DNA of 63,272 bases from Leidyana gryllorum EB-2025a. Its lineage: Eukaryota; Protista; Apicomplexa. The first letter of the stretch is position 1. Every line of letters starts with the position of its first letter. Shown piece after piece: positions 44,643 through 56,321 of this stretch. The notes below the pieces were generated by a model. It did no database searches. It worked only from the letters and a program-made list of their open reading frames with translations, and was not told where the DNA came from. The stretch lies in assembly GCA_048772705.1 (NCBI GenBank), contig JBLWGC010000138.1:1-63272 (forward strand), given 5' to 3'. Position numbers and translations under genes: made by a program.

Positions 44643-44724
44643 CGACAACTGCTGGATTTGAACCAGCGCGGGCCAGGCCCAGTAGATTTCTAGTCTACCC
44701 CCTTAACCACTCGGGCAAGTTGCC
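44643..44724 (-). tRNA. trnS: tRNA-Ser(AGA)
   Basis: Copy of 26749. Confidence 0.9.
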
Positions 44725-45028
44725 GCTGTCGAACTTGGCATTTTGCGGCCAGTGGCTTCACATACGGTTCCGCGAGCTTTACTGGGACTGCTCGCGCCGC
44801 CCAAACCCGCGGATCTCCCTTCAAAAGTCTTGCGCTCTAGTGACGGAGTTGGGGCGGCAAGGAAGCTCGCCCCGTACCCGAGGAAGGCCCAAGATTCCAC
44901 GATCAATACAAATGGAAGAGGTTACTAAGTCCGAATCTGTATCAGAGATCCACTCACTTGATCAGGCCGACATACCATGTTTTCCAAGACGGTACGGCTC
45001 TCGGCCGAAGCCCCAACTCAACCACTCG

Positions 45029-45101
45029 TCCACTGTAGTCTAAGTGGCTAGGATATGCGGCTTTCACCCGCATGATCCGGGTTCAAGTCCCGGCAGTGGA
45101 A
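45029..45101 (+). tRNA. trnE: tRNA-Glu(TTC)
   Basis: Copy of 27135. Confidence 0.9.
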
Positions 45102-46321
45102 GTCATTGAACTACTCTAGCAAAGTGCTCCACTAATCTCCGTCAATAGCGATTGTTTCGTCATCTCCGGCTTCCATTGCCTTCTTAGTTTAGGGGCAGAG
45201 CGTTCGCTTCGTAAGCGAGAAGTCGCCGGTTCGATTCCGGCTGAAGGCTCGACTGCATCCACTGGGCACCGGTAAGCTGCTCGCAAACTCCAATAATCGT
45301 AGCTCAGCCATCAGAGGTAAGTCTCTCAGCCACGAAGTCGCAGGTTTGGAACCTGCCAGTACCTGAGGCACCCATAGGGGGCTGTTTGGTCTAGTTTTAT
45401 GATTCTTTCTTCGGCTGGAAGAAGTCCTGGGTTCAATGCCACGTCTCTCCAAGGTCGGCTACTATACGCGGCTCCCACTCGTACAATCCCGAATGAAGTC
45501 CAGACCAGCTGAGACAAAATCGGAGTTGCACCAGTTGTGAGGGCTGGAACTGCTCCGAGACCGGGAATCGAACCCGGGTCTTCCGCGTGACAGGCGGAAA
45601 TACTGACCACTATACTATCTCGGACGCTAGTAAACACGCCGGCCTCCAACCCCAGAACTCCTCGCATTTTGAGATTTCACGGACAGGAAACGGGTAACAC
45701 TTCGGCAAGATGGCCGAGTGCTGTGTGCAAGCCGCCGTCCGAAAATGCGGGCGGATGATCGCAACCATGTTTAGGCTAATGACTGAAGCCTCCTGCCGGA
45801 ATCGAACCAGCGACCTTTCGCTTACAAAGCGAATGCTCTGCCCCTAAGCTAAGGAGGCATTCCCTGTCTCGAACTTCTCGCGCTGCCCGAACCTGCGGTC
45901 TCCCATCAAAAGTCTTGCGCTCTACCGACGGACTTGGGGCGGCGACGAAGCTCGGACTTAGTAACAAAATTCCATTCGTATTGATCGTTGAATCTTGGGC
46001 CTTCCTCGGGTACAGGGCGAAGCTGTATCAGAGATGCACTCACTTGGCCACGCCCGGACTCCAACCGGGGACTCAGAACTTATTAGGCTCACGCTATGGC
46101 CGCCTGAAATACGCGACCGCTTCAGAGTTGAGGTCAACAGTCACTAGCCGAAGGAGCCGACTGATGTGTTCAGCAAAGCCTTATGATTGCTACTGAACCG
46201 GCCACTCCGATCTTCGTCCACCCCGCCAAGCAGTCATTCCAAAGGCAAATACTGACATCGAGAAGGGGCACTACCAATTCGCACGGGATTCCCGATGGAA
46301 TGTGTAGCCCGTTCCACTGTC

Positions 46322-46403
46322 GGCAAGGTGGCCGAGTGGTTAAGGCGGCGACCTGCTAAGCCGTTGGGTTTCACCCGCGTGAGTTCGAATCTCACCCTTG
46401 TCG
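46322..46403 (+). tRNA. trnS: tRNA-Ser(GCT)
   Basis: Copy of 28428. Confidence 0.85.
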
Positions 46404-47366
46404 GTTGCATTTGAGAAAAAGCGCCAACTGCTTCAAGGATTTAAGTGAGCTTTCTGTCCCACCCAAATCCAACGCCTACGCTGGACGCTTTATACAGGAG
46501 CGACTTAAAATATTTCAGAGGTCAGTAGAGACCCCTATTGCGTGTGTCCAGTTGAGGAACAGACTCTTCTGGGATGGGCTGAGCCGGTTGCGTCGTGTAG
46601 TGGTTAGCACTGGAGACTTTGAATCTCCCGACGTGGGTTCGATTCCCGGCAGATGCAGACATAGCACATGGCTGATTCACTAGAATTCTACGCCGTTGAA
46701 CACCAGTGCCAATTAAACACTGGCGGACAGCTGTAGCACTCGCAGGGACATATGTGACGGCGCAGCGGAGAATGGGCGTGGATCCAAATCCCATCCTTGT
46801 CAGGATAGAACTCGGGACCTTCTTTCCTGCGTGCGGAGCAGACGTCGTAAGCAGTAGACCATGGCTGTACGGAGCTTCCGGGCCGTGAAAGGGGCGTATC
46901 CGATGAGCCTCACAGAAGTTGGACGGCCTGGAGTAGCTCATTTGGAGAGCATCTAACGCTCCTGTTACATTTCATCCTGATTGATGCCCCACTGCCTTGA
47001 TAGCTACTTGCAGATTATCCGAGTCGTCTAGTGGTTGGGACAGCAAGTTGTGGCCGTGCGAAGCCAGGCTCAATTCCCGGCTCGGCCAATATGTCTCCGG
47101 TGTCTCTAATGGAACTTTCTCTTGATGGCTACACACTTTCATTCGACGGCTCCGTTGATTGGCGCTATGGCCTAATGGATATGGCATCGGTCTACGGAAC
47201 TTGGGATTCTGGGTTCGAGTCCCAGTAGCGTCTGGGCGAGCGGTCGGGTTCCAGCCCCTCACAATTGCTGCAACTCAGTTTTTATCTCAGCTGGGTGTCC
47301 TTGCTGTGGACAGCATCCCCGTGCACCCTTTTGACAGGAGGAGATACATCGAGAGAAGTTCCATTG

Positions 47367-47439
47367 GGGAGTGTAGCGCAGTCGGTAGCGCGTAGGTCTC
47401 ATAATCCTGAAGTCGAGAGTTCGATCCTCTCCACTCCCA
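47367..47439 (+). tRNA. trnM: tRNA-Met(CAT)
   Basis: Copy of 29473. Confidence 0.9.
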
Positions 47440-47788
47440 CGGTTGGAATCGGAACCACGGGTTATCTCGATGGCAGCGAGAGACTCTTCCACACCACAGA
47501 TGCGTAACACCTTGTTGTTGGAGCTCGTACACAATAACGGCCGTTTTGCTTCGAATGAGAAGACAGGGTCAAGTTGAGCGAGTATGAGAGCCAGCTCGTG
47601 GGCACGTAACACAGTGGTAGAGCAGTTGACTGCAGATCAGCAAGTCCGTGGTTCAACTTCGCGCGTGCCGTGAAGTTGAGATGAAACGCTGGAAGATGTT
47701 AAACCAACATTCCTGACCACAAAGGGTTGCAGAATCCTGCGCTAGAAAGAGGAAAGTCTCTATATTATCCTCTGAAACATTGTAGCTG

Positions 47789-47861
47789 GGTCTTGTAGCT
47801 CAGTCGGCAGAGCGTGTGGCTGTTAACCACAAAGTCGCAGGTTCGAAACCTGCCAGGACCG
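47789..47861 (+). tRNA. trnN: tRNA-Asn(GTT)
   Basis: Copy of 29895. Confidence 0.9.
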
Positions 47862-47962
47862 GGTGCTGCGGCACCGTACTCTCTAGACGGCACTTGTGCT
47901 CTTGGACCCTTCCAAGGTCGTAAATATGTATTTAAATACCGGCAATTGCAGACTACAAAGTT

Positions 47963-48035
47963 TGGACGACCTGGGCATCGATCCCAGTACCTCTCGCATG
48001 CTAAGCGAGCGCTCTACCATTTGAGCTAGTCGCCC
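47963..48035 (-). tRNA. trnA: tRNA-Ala(AGC)
   Basis: Copy of 30069. Confidence 0.9.
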
Positions 48036-48233
48036 GTTGTGCAGACCCCATCGCATTTTTTTGTTCTCAACACCGTATGACCACTCTCTCGACTGTATTC
48101 AGCGGGTTTCACGACCGAGAGGCGGCTGATTGGTCTAGTGGTATGATTCTTCCTTTGGGTGGAAGGAGTCGTGGCTTCGATTCCCAGAACAGCCCGTCTG
48201 ATAGTTGTTGACGCAACAGGCTGCAATTCGCCC

Positions 48234-48306
48234 AGACGCTACTGGGACTCGAACCCAGAATCCCCGGTTCCGTAGACCGATGCCATATCCATTAGGCCAT
48301 AGCGCC
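48234..48306 (-). tRNA. trnR: tRNA-Arg(ACG)
   Basis: Copy of 30340. Confidence 0.9.
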
Positions 48307-48764
48307 GACTAGCGGAGCCGTCAAATGGGAGTGTGTAGCGATCGAGACAGGACATGGGCAGCTACGCCCGATGGTGGGTCTGGGCAGACTTCACCCACAT
48401 CTCCCGTTCGAGACATCGGGGACATACTATCCAAGCCAGGATTCGGGCCTGGGTATGCACGGCCACAACTTGCTGTTGTAAGCACCTAGACGACCCGGAC
48501 AATCTTCAAGTGAGGCTGGTGGGTACCAAAGCCATCATTTCCACCACAGAATTCAACTGGGCCTGGGCCGCGCTGGTGCAGATCCAGCAGTTGTCGTGCG
48601 ATGTGATTGGAGGGGTCAGACACCAACTTACGCATGAATTCCAATCTACCCCCCTTCCCCACTCGGGCAAGTTGGCTACTGTCGATTTCGCCATGCGGCG
48701 AGGAGTGGCCCCACATACCGCCGCGGTGAGTGCTTATTTTCATCGCCTTCCGTGACTACCTACC

Positions 48765-48837
48765 GCCTCGGTAGCTCAGTTGGGAGAGCGCCAGACTGAA
48801 GATCTGGAAGTCCCGTGTTCGATCCACGGCCGAGGCA
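48765..48837 (+). tRNA. trnF: tRNA-Phe(GAA)
   Basis: Copy of 30871. Confidence 0.92.
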
Positions 48838-49103
48838 GAGACGTTGTGACGTTTGGTGTCACTATCTCAAGTGTCCTCAGCGGTTTGCACGACCGGCTGT
48901 TTGGTCTAGTGGTATGATTCTTCTTTCGGGTGGAAGAAGGCCGGTGTTCGATTCCCAGAAGAGTCCGTCTGATAGTTGTTGACTGAATGCCACGTCTCTC
49001 CAAGGTCGGCTACCATACGCGGCTCCCACTCGTATAATCCCGGATGAGTCCAGACCAGCTGAGACAAAATCTGAGTTGCAGCAGTTGTGAGGGGCTGCAA
49101 CTG

Positions 49104-49175
49104 CTCCGAGACCGGGAATCGAACCCGGGTCTTCCGCGTGACAGGCGGAAATACTAACCACTATACTATCTCGGA
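49104..49175 (-). tRNA. trnD: tRNA-Asp(GTC)
   Basis: Copy of 31210. Confidence 0.9.
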
Positions 49176-49366
49176 CGCTCTGAACACGCCGGCCTCCAAT
49201 CCCAGAAGTCTTTCTATTTTGGCTCACGGACAAAAAACGCGTGGAGCGATGAACCAACAACACTGTGGCAAGATGGCCGAGTTGTCTAAGGCGCTGTGCT
49301 CAGACCGCAGTCCGAAAGGGCGAGGATCTGGGGTTGAGCCTTTTTAACCCCGGAGCAGTTGGACGG

Positions 49367-49446
49367 CCGGGGGTAGCTCAGTTGGAAGAGCATCTGACTG
49401 TAGTGCTGGCATCAGATAGTCGGCGGTTCGATTCCGTCCCACCGGA
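49367..49446 (+). tRNA. trnY: tRNA-Tyr(GTA) with 7-nt intron
   Basis: Copy of 31473. Confidence 0.87.
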
Positions 49447-49538
49447 AGTAGAGGGGTGATTGGCAAAGTACTACTCAACCTGAAGGTGGGAGCAGAAATT
49501 GCCCGAGTCTCTCGGGGTGCTGCAGATCTTTCGCAATT

Positions 49539-49609
49539 GCACTTGTGGTCTAAGGGTAAGATGCGACCCTTCCAAGGTCGTAACCCGGGTTCGAGTCCCG
49601 GCAGGTGCA
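49539..49609 (+). tRNA. trnG: tRNA-Gly(TCC)
   Basis: Copy of 31645. Confidence 0.9.
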
Positions 49610-49678
49610 GCTGTATGTAGGTCGAACGACCTGTATATCAGTGAAGTGAGGGACTGAGTGCCAATACAATACAACGGC

Positions 49679-49758
49679 TGACAAGAGTGGGATTCGAGCC
49701 CACGCCCTTTCGGACTGCGGCCTGAACACAGCGCCTTAGACCACTCGGCCATCTTGCC
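49679..49758 (-). tRNA. trnL: tRNA-Leu(CAG)
   Basis: Copy of 31785. Confidence 0.85.
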
Positions 49759-50552
49759 GGAGCGTTCGCCACTTTACAGGTTTTCTGTCCGTGAAGTTCT
49801 CGAGAAGGAAGACTTTTAGGGTTGAAGACGCGGAAGACGCGGGTTCGATGCCCTGTTTTGGAGAGAGCCTGTTTCCTCGCTTTGGTGGGACTCACTTCAA
49901 AGATTCGAGCTACAGCCACTTGGGATCGAACTCGGAACCTTCTGCGTGTTAAGCAGACGTCGTAACCACTAGACCATGACTGCACGAAAGCTTTGCGGGA
50001 ACCAAGAGAAGTTGCGAAGTTTCAAGAAGTAGATCTAGTTGCGAGGTCGCGCCGGGAATCGAACCCAGCTCGGGAGATCCAAAGCCTCCAGTGCTAACCA
50101 TTCACGACCAAGAATTAAAAGAGTGTATGAAGTCATTGGGATTGGAAATGAATGCGTCCAGAGCTGGTACCCACCCGATCGTTGGCGTGGCAGGCGGAAA
50201 TATAACTTTGATACCATGTCGGAGGCACGCCCCAACCTCAGAGCCCAGATTTCCATTCTCTAGCTTCAACAGACAGGGAACGCTTGAAGTAGCGGGACAG
50301 GAACCGAGCTGATAAGATGGCTGAGGGGTCCAAGGCGCTGTATTCAAGTCGCAGTTCGAAAGGGCGTGGGTCCAAATCCCACTCTTGTCAGGTTGAGCCT
50401 GACACGGGAAAAACAAAAGAGTCTGATTGAGCCCATAGTGATTCGAAAACCCAACCTTCTGATCTGGAGTCAGACGCGGTACGTTGGCCATAGGCCCAAA
50501 ACCATCCCCCGCTCCAGACTCATTACTTGGTGGTCAGGAATGGAGGTGTCAC

Positions 50553-50623
50553 GCATCTGTGGTCTAGTGGTAGAATGTCTCGTTGCCATCGAGACGACCC
50601 GGGTTCGATTCCCGTCAGATGCA
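50553..50623 (+). tRNA. trnG: tRNA-Gly(GCC)
   Basis: One T-stem substitution. Confidence 0.85.
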
Positions 50624-50692
50624 GAGGACACATTGTTGTTTTTTCCAGAAATTCATGTGTCACTTGGTGTTTACCTCTCCAACCACATCGCA

Positions 50693-50774
50693 CGACAACT
50701 GCTGGATTTGAACCAGCGCGGGCGAGGCCCAGTAGATTTCTAGTCTACCCCCTTAACCACTCGGGCAAGTTGCC
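50693..50774 (-). tRNA. trnS: tRNA-Ser(AGA)
   Basis: Intact. Confidence 0.9.
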
Positions 50775-51064
50775 GCTGTCGAACTTGGCATTTTGCAGCC
50801 AGTGGCTTCGCATACGGTTCAGCACTGCTCGCGCCGGCACGAACCCGCCGTTCTCCCATCAAACGTCTTGCGCGCCACCGACGGAGTTGGGGCGGCAAGG
50901 AAGCTCGCCCTGTAGCTGGGGAAGGCCCAAGATCCCACGATCAATACAAATGGAATTGGTTACTAAGTCCGAATCTATCAGAGATCCACTCACTTGACCA
51001 CGCCGACATTCCATATTTTCCAAGACGGTACGGCTCTCGGCCGAAGCCCCAACTCAACCACTCG

Positions 51065-51137
51065 TCCACTGTAGTCTAAGTGGATAGGATATGCGGCTTT
51101 CACTCGCACGATCCGGGTTCAAGTCCCGGCAGTGGAA
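51065..51137 (+). tRNA. trnE: tRNA-Glu(TTC)
   Basis: Near-intact. Confidence 0.82.
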
Positions 51138-51213
51138 GTCATTGGACCATTCGAGCAAAGTGCTCCAGTAACCTCCGTCAATAGTGCCTGACTCGTGATC
51201 TTTGGCTTGCATT

Positions 51214-51285
51214 GCCTTCTTAGCTTAGGGGCAGAGCATTCGCTTAGTAAGCGAAAGGTCGCCGGTTCGATTCCGGCAGACGGCT
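51214..51285 (+). tRNA. trnT: tRNA-Thr(AGT)
   Basis: One acceptor mismatch. Confidence 0.82.
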
Positions 51286-51470
51286 TGACTGCATCGACTG
51301 GGCACCTGCAAAGCTTAAGTCTCTCAAGCTCCAATCCTCGTAGCTCAGCCACCAGATGGTAAGTCTCTTAGCCACAAAGTCGCAGACTGGAACCTGCCAG
51401 TACCTGAGGCACCCACTAGCTCAACGCAGACTGCGGCCGAGTCTCGGGGTGCTGAAGCTCTTTCTCGAGT

Positions 51471-51541
51471 GCACTTGTGGTCCAAGGGTAGGATGCGAGC
51501 TTCCCACGGTCGAAGGCCGGATTCGAGTCCCGGCATGTGCA
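51471..51541 (+). pseudogene. degenerate tRNA-Gly(CCC)-like
   Basis: Gly(TCC) body with loop TTCCCAC. Confidence 0.6.
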
Positions 51542-51690
51542 GCCGATCTCAAGATGGTACGGCTCTCGTCCAGCTCTGCCGCGCTCGATTCCTGCCCGGA
51601 CACTACGTCTCTGGTGTCTCGAATAAAAACCCTTGCCGGGATCAACAACGCTTAATCACCACACACATCCATTTGATGGCCCCGTTAGTC

Positions 51691-51763
51691 GGCGCTATGG
51701 CCTAATGGATATGACATCGGTCTACGGAACCGGGGATTCTGGGTTCGAGTCCCGGTAGCGTCT
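51691..51763 (+). tRNA. trnR: tRNA-Arg(ACG)
   Basis: 2 substitutions. Confidence 0.82.
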
Positions 51764-52593
51764 GCAAGTTGTGGGCTTCCAGCCCCTCACAACCGCTGCC
51801 ACTCAGATTTTGTCCCAGCTAGTCTGGACTTCATCCGGGATTGTACGAGTGGGAGCCGCGTATAGTAGCCGACCCTGGAGAGACGTGGCATTGAGTCAAC
51901 AACTATCAGACGGGCTGTTCTGGGAATCGAAACCAGGACTTCTTCCACCCGAAAGAAGAATCATATAACTAGACCAAACAGCCCGCTGTGGGTGCCTCAG
52001 GTACTGGCAGGTTCCAAACCTGCGACATTGTGGCTGAGAGACTTACGGTCTGCTGGCTGAGCTACGAGGCTCAGCAATGATGATCGGAGTTCGCCATAAG
52101 CTTGCAGGTGCCCAGTCGATGCAGTCGAGCCTTCTGCGGAATCGAACCGGCGACCTTTCGCTTACTAAGCGAATGCTCTGCCCCTAAGCTAAGAAGGCAA
52201 TGCAAGCCAAAGATCACGAGTCAGTCACTATTGACGGAGATCAGTGGAGCATTATGCTCGAGTAGTTCCATGACTAAAATGCCAAGTTTGAGAGGTGGCA
52301 ACTTGCGTAGACTTGAAATCTACTGGGCCTGGCCCGAGCTGGTTCAAATCCAGCAGTTGTCGTACGAGATGTGATTGAAGGGTCAGACCATCTGACGCAT
52401 GAAACTCCACCGTGAGCTATCTCCCCTGTATCTGCCGGGAATCGAACCCGGGTCGTCTCGATGGTAACGAGACATTCTACCACTCGACCACAGATGCGTA
52501 ATACCTTGTTGTTGAAGCTCGTACACAATAACGGCCGTTTTGCTTCAAATGAGAAGACAGGATCGAGTTGAGCGAGTATGAGAGGCGCCTCGT

Positions 52594-52665
52594 GGGTACG
52601 TAGCTCAGTGGTAGAGCAGCTGACTGCAGATCAGCAAGTCCGTGGTTCAACTCCGCGCGTGCCCT
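52594..52665 (+). tRNA. trnC: tRNA-Cys(GCA)
   Basis: Intact. Confidence 0.9.
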
Positions 52666-53108
52666 GAAGATGACCTGAAGGTTGAAGATGTTGGAAATCC
52701 ATCCCTCGCCACATGCCAATGAGCCTGAAGTCGGTGGACGATTTTGGGTCTATGGCAAACGCTCGCGCGCCTAATTCCAGATCAGAAGGTGACAATGTGA
52801 TGAGTTAGTCGGCGGTTCCGATTCCGACAGTGGGACTCACGCGCTACCGACTGCTCTACACTCCCCTACGGAGTTCTTTCTCGATGCATCTCCTGTCAGA
52901 AGGTTGCACGGGAATGTTCTTTCGACAGTTTGCTTTACTCCCCTTCCACCACCAAGACGGTGATTGTCTCTACAATGACAGAGAGCTCTCAGCTCTGCGG
53001 TTAAACCAACATTATCGCTCAAACACAAGGATGCGCTGCACTCGAAAAGTGCTCGCAGGAACCAGGAGATTTTCCGCCCACTGCTTTCGGTCATCACTCA
53101 TTCCTCGT

Positions 53109-53682
53109 TGTTGTAACCCCAAGTCGCTACTCAAGGGGAACGAGGCCCAGTTCTCATCTCTGCATACTTTCGACCAGAAGTCAGACTTAGAACCAACTAC
53201 CACGAATATGTCGCACACGACGGCGCAAAACAAGAACTACGACTTGTTGTACCAAGTGCAAAAGTTATCTTCTGCCGCCTCTTGCCTAGTCCAACCCTGA
53301 CTTAGCCAACTTTGCTCTCGTGTGTCTCTCACTCTGGTGTCTCTCTCTCCCTACCCATGTGTCAGTCGCTCGCACCTCTTGCGGAGCCTCGCGCTGGACA
53401 CACACGGTAGTTCTCCCCGACACCACACTCTGATCATTCATGCGAGTGTCTGCCAGTTACGCTGTCACAGAGAGTTCAGACCACTAGCGTCCATTAGGCT
53501 TTACGCTTTAGTAGTAGTTGCTCGTTAATAATGCCTTTTCACCATCTTATACATGCCCCTATATAAGTACTAAATATGTAGGGAAGTATCCAGATGGATG
53601 TTAATTCGATTGGGGATTTCACCAAGTCCAATTCTGGCAACCCGATAGGAAGTTGACCATCAGGCAAACACGAACTACAACA
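53109..53682 (-). mobile_element. Family A solo LTR (more diverged, small deletions), no TSD
   Basis: TGTTGTA...TACAACA; flanks CTCGT and GTGTT differ; no PBS or PPT adjacent. Confidence 0.85.
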
Positions 53683-53789
53683 GTGTTGATAAGAGGATCA
53701 GCATCAGCACGACCACTCCCTCCGCCCCCAGTCAGACGGGAAACCACACACAGACCTCTTCAGCCCCATCTCAAGCCACCACCGAGCAC

Positions 53790-54572
53790 TTGCAGGCTGC
53801 AGACTTAGACATCTCACCGCTGGCGCCCATCTCGCCTTCCCCTTCGCCCCCGCCCCTGGCTGTACCCGCATCGGGCTCAGACTTCCAGAGGGTAACTATC
53901 GCTGCTTTCCCAAACAAGGAGAGTCCCGAATCATTGCCAGCCCTCCGTATATCGACCGCCTTGCAGCACGCGGTGGAGTCTCACATCACGCACGCTACCG
54001 GGCTGCATCAAGAGTTCGCCATTCGTCCGGGTTCGTCAACCTTCGATGACCTGGTGGAGTACTGGACTCGCTCGCTGACACCAGCACTTGTCTTCCTTCC
54101 GGTCCCTTCAGTGCTCGCGATCCTAGACAACGCTTTCGAGCAGCTCTACTCTCTTCTTCCGCTCCAGTATCGCAGACGACCATACCCGAGCCTCAAATGT
54201 TTGCTCAAGTACTGCAGCCCCGTACCTCCCCGACCCGACCTGACCTACCCCACCACCATAGCAACCTTGTCAGTCTGCTCAACTCTCTGCGTCTGTGGAT
54301 CGAAGGTTTTACTCAAAACTTCTGTGATCCTACAGACGCTGAGCATCTCTACATACAGGGACAGTCTGAGACCGTTCCGCCCTGCCGAGAATGCCTCAAA
54401 CGCAACAGCGCACTTGCAGCTCCTTCCGCAGCCCTCAGCTCCTCAGCGCGGCCGTGTGAACTACTCAGTCGCTTGCAGAAGGCTATGGGGGGAACAACGT
54501 GTATGCCGTTTTGGCGGCATTCTGCAAGGACGACCTCTATCAGCCGAATACGGTCAGGGAAGTCTACGCTAA
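53790..54572 (+). CDS. Hypothetical Pro-rich ORF upstream of the YR (probably partial or frameshifted)
   Basis: Longest ORF in the track (260 aa), not tRNA-derived; no recognisable domain. Confidence 0.35.
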   Translation: MQAADLDISPLAPISPSPSPPPLAVPASGSDFQRVTIAAFPNKESPESLPALRISTALQHAVESHITHATGLHQEFAIRPGSSTFDDLVEYWTRSLTPALVFLPVPSVLAILDNAFEQLYSLLPLQYRRRPYPSLKCLLKYCSPVPPRPDLTYPTTIATLSVCSTLCVCGSKVLLKTSVILQTLSISTYRDSLRPFRPAENASNATAHLQLLPQPSAPQRGRVNYSVACRRLWGEQRVCRFGGILQGRPLSAEYGQGSLR

Positions 54573-54855
54573 AGCAGGTTGTGACAGAGCGTATGCCACC
54601 CAGAAGAAGGTGCGCCTGCATCCCGACTACCGAGCTCCAGTGGAGTTGGTTTGTACCTCTCCATGCTCCTTCAAATGGGCACATCGTGGGGCAGCTAGAT
54701 CTGGTGAAGTCCTCGGACCCCGTGATCCTTCCCGTGGACGTAAAGTACACTGAAAGGGGGGTCATAGACCGGACTTCATTCTTCTCTCTCCTCCACCTCG
54801 GAAAGCTGGAACCAGATCATAGCTTACCTCACGGGTCGGGGCTACACCGGGGAAG

Positions 54856-55697
54856 ATGTTCCCGGGAATATCTACGCTGATCAAGCTGTTTAGAGACCAG
54901 CCGGGGGTATTAGCTCTCTTTGATGGTTTCGAGTTGGGGAAGAAGGATGCTCGACATGTTGTGGTGGCAGACAGTGGAGTTCAGTGCAGGGTCACCAAGA
55001 CGAGACTCAAGGTGGATGGCATATCTAAGCCAGCTCAGTTCTTCTGCAGAGTGTTCCGGATGATCACCGAGCCCAGACTGGCTGCTTTCTGTCTGCTCTT
55101 GTTTCTCTCTGGTTTGCGGCCCAACGAGGGTAGACTAGTCACTTGGGCAGCGTTTACGGAGAGTGGGTGCAGCATCTTGCTCAGCAAGCAAAGGCAGAAG
55201 GAGAGGCGGATCAAAGTCTTTCTGCCTAAGGAGAGCATTCGCTGTTGCGGCGGCTGCTGCTAGGGAGTGGGTCGCAAAGGGCAGGTACCAATGAGCTCAT
55301 AATCCCGGACCACTTCAGGTTATGCTACACAGGGAGGGACCGTAGGGAGAAGAACCGGAAAAGTGCCTGAAGCAACTCTCTCAAGCGGTCCAGACCACTG
55401 GTGAATGCTCTTTGCAATCTTCCAGAAGCTGTGGAGCAAGGACTGGAACGCATTACAGTTGGCTTTCACAACTGGAGGCGAACATTCTGTCAGCAGCATG
55501 TGGTAGCCTGTATTGCCCAGGGTGTTATAGGGCATCGTAGTGTGAACTCCACCAAGTCGCACTACATCAAGTCTTCCGGGAGGAAAGGGCTAGCAGGATT
55601 GCTGTGGGCGGATCTCGTGACCAGAAGAAACTGTTATTCGCCGTGCTCCCACTCTCCAGAACGATGGCGTGTAGCCGGAAGAGTTAACAGGAAGTAA
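54856..55697 (+). pseudogene. Frameshifted tyrosine recombinase (phage-integrase family) catalytic domain
   Basis: LLLFLSGLRPNEG (box I Arg) and SKQRQK (candidate catalytic Lys) in 54856-55263; GFHNWRRTF (HxxR) and VIGHRSVNSTKSHY (His...Tyr) in 55401-55697, a different frame. Confidence 0.85.
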
Positions 55698-56321
55698 GCT
55701 CTATCTGTCTGTTGTCCAAAAATTCTAACTCTCCTGATATTTCGCCTGTCCCAACTGTCCCTTTCCATGGATCCCGTTACTTGCCAAATGGGACACTGGG
55801 ACTTGGGACTATCTCAGGGTTACGCTCCTGAGACCTTCGCCATGCTCAGGGTAAGACTCGATATCGCTTCTCGAGACTCTCGCCTCGGTCGTACGCCCGA
55901 CTGCGGATATAACAGAAGCTAGCAGAGCTCGACGATCCTGTAGTGAATGGCGTCGAGACATCAGAGGCACTAGTTGCGCGACCGAAGCGAACTGGAAGGG
56001 CGACAAAACATGGGGGTGAGGATCCAGACGATTGCAGTGACGAGTGACATGACGGTGGCAATAGTGACTCTGATGGGGGTAGCGGGAGACCGCGGGGGTC
56101 GGCACACCAGCATAGTGACAGTGCGTCCGATTACTCTGCAGTGAGGAAGAAGCGGCGGAGACATGAGAAATCGCTTTCCTGAGATAGTCAAACACGAACA
56201 CATCGCATACGTGGCGACATAGACACTAGTCTCCGTTTATGCAAGCTTAATCCGGTTCAACAACTTAAAGCATACTTGAGACAAAACGACATATACTTAC
56301 CAAAGACTTGGCAATTATGAT

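Larger units (their letters stand above)
37945..50341 (+). repeat. Copy 2 of ~12.4-kb direct duplication (same tRNA series as 19961-32447)
   Basis: Near identity with copy 1 except a diverged patch at ~40541-41859. Confidence 0.92.
2143..52870. repeat. Giant shuffled tRNA gene/pseudogene array, left part
   Basis: tRNA genes or relics about every 150 bp on both strands with recurring spacers. Confidence 0.95.
53683..56321 (+). mobile_element. Tyrosine-recombinase element remnant (Crypton-like or viral-integrase-like); left end uncertain, may start near 52920-53010
   Basis: Only long tRNA-free island inside the array; carries YR catalytic motifs; no RT or RNase H motif seen. Confidence 0.7.

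Noticed and set aside
2143-52870. Hundreds of 60-200 aa ORFs, many repeated
   Set aside because: They are translations of tRNA genes and spacers (GIEPRT, GFEPA, GSIPG come from T-arm sequence); repetition reflects DNA duplication, not protein conservation.
52961-53013. Possible decayed 3' half of tRNA-Val (TCTGCGGTTAA) marking the left att site of the YR element
   Set aside because: The similarity is weak, and GTTAAACCAACATT here also matches the spacer downstream of tRNA-Cys, so it cannot be assigned.
55809-56203. Three overlapping minus-strand ORFs at the right end of the YR island
   Set aside because: No recognisable motif and mutually overlapping; I cannot pick a real frame.
53109-56321. 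LTR plus YR as a single DIRS-type retroelement
   Set aside because: This LTR family has TG...CA ends, a 5-bp TSD and a tRNA PBS elsewhere (integrase type), and no RT is present, so the juxtaposition looks secondary.
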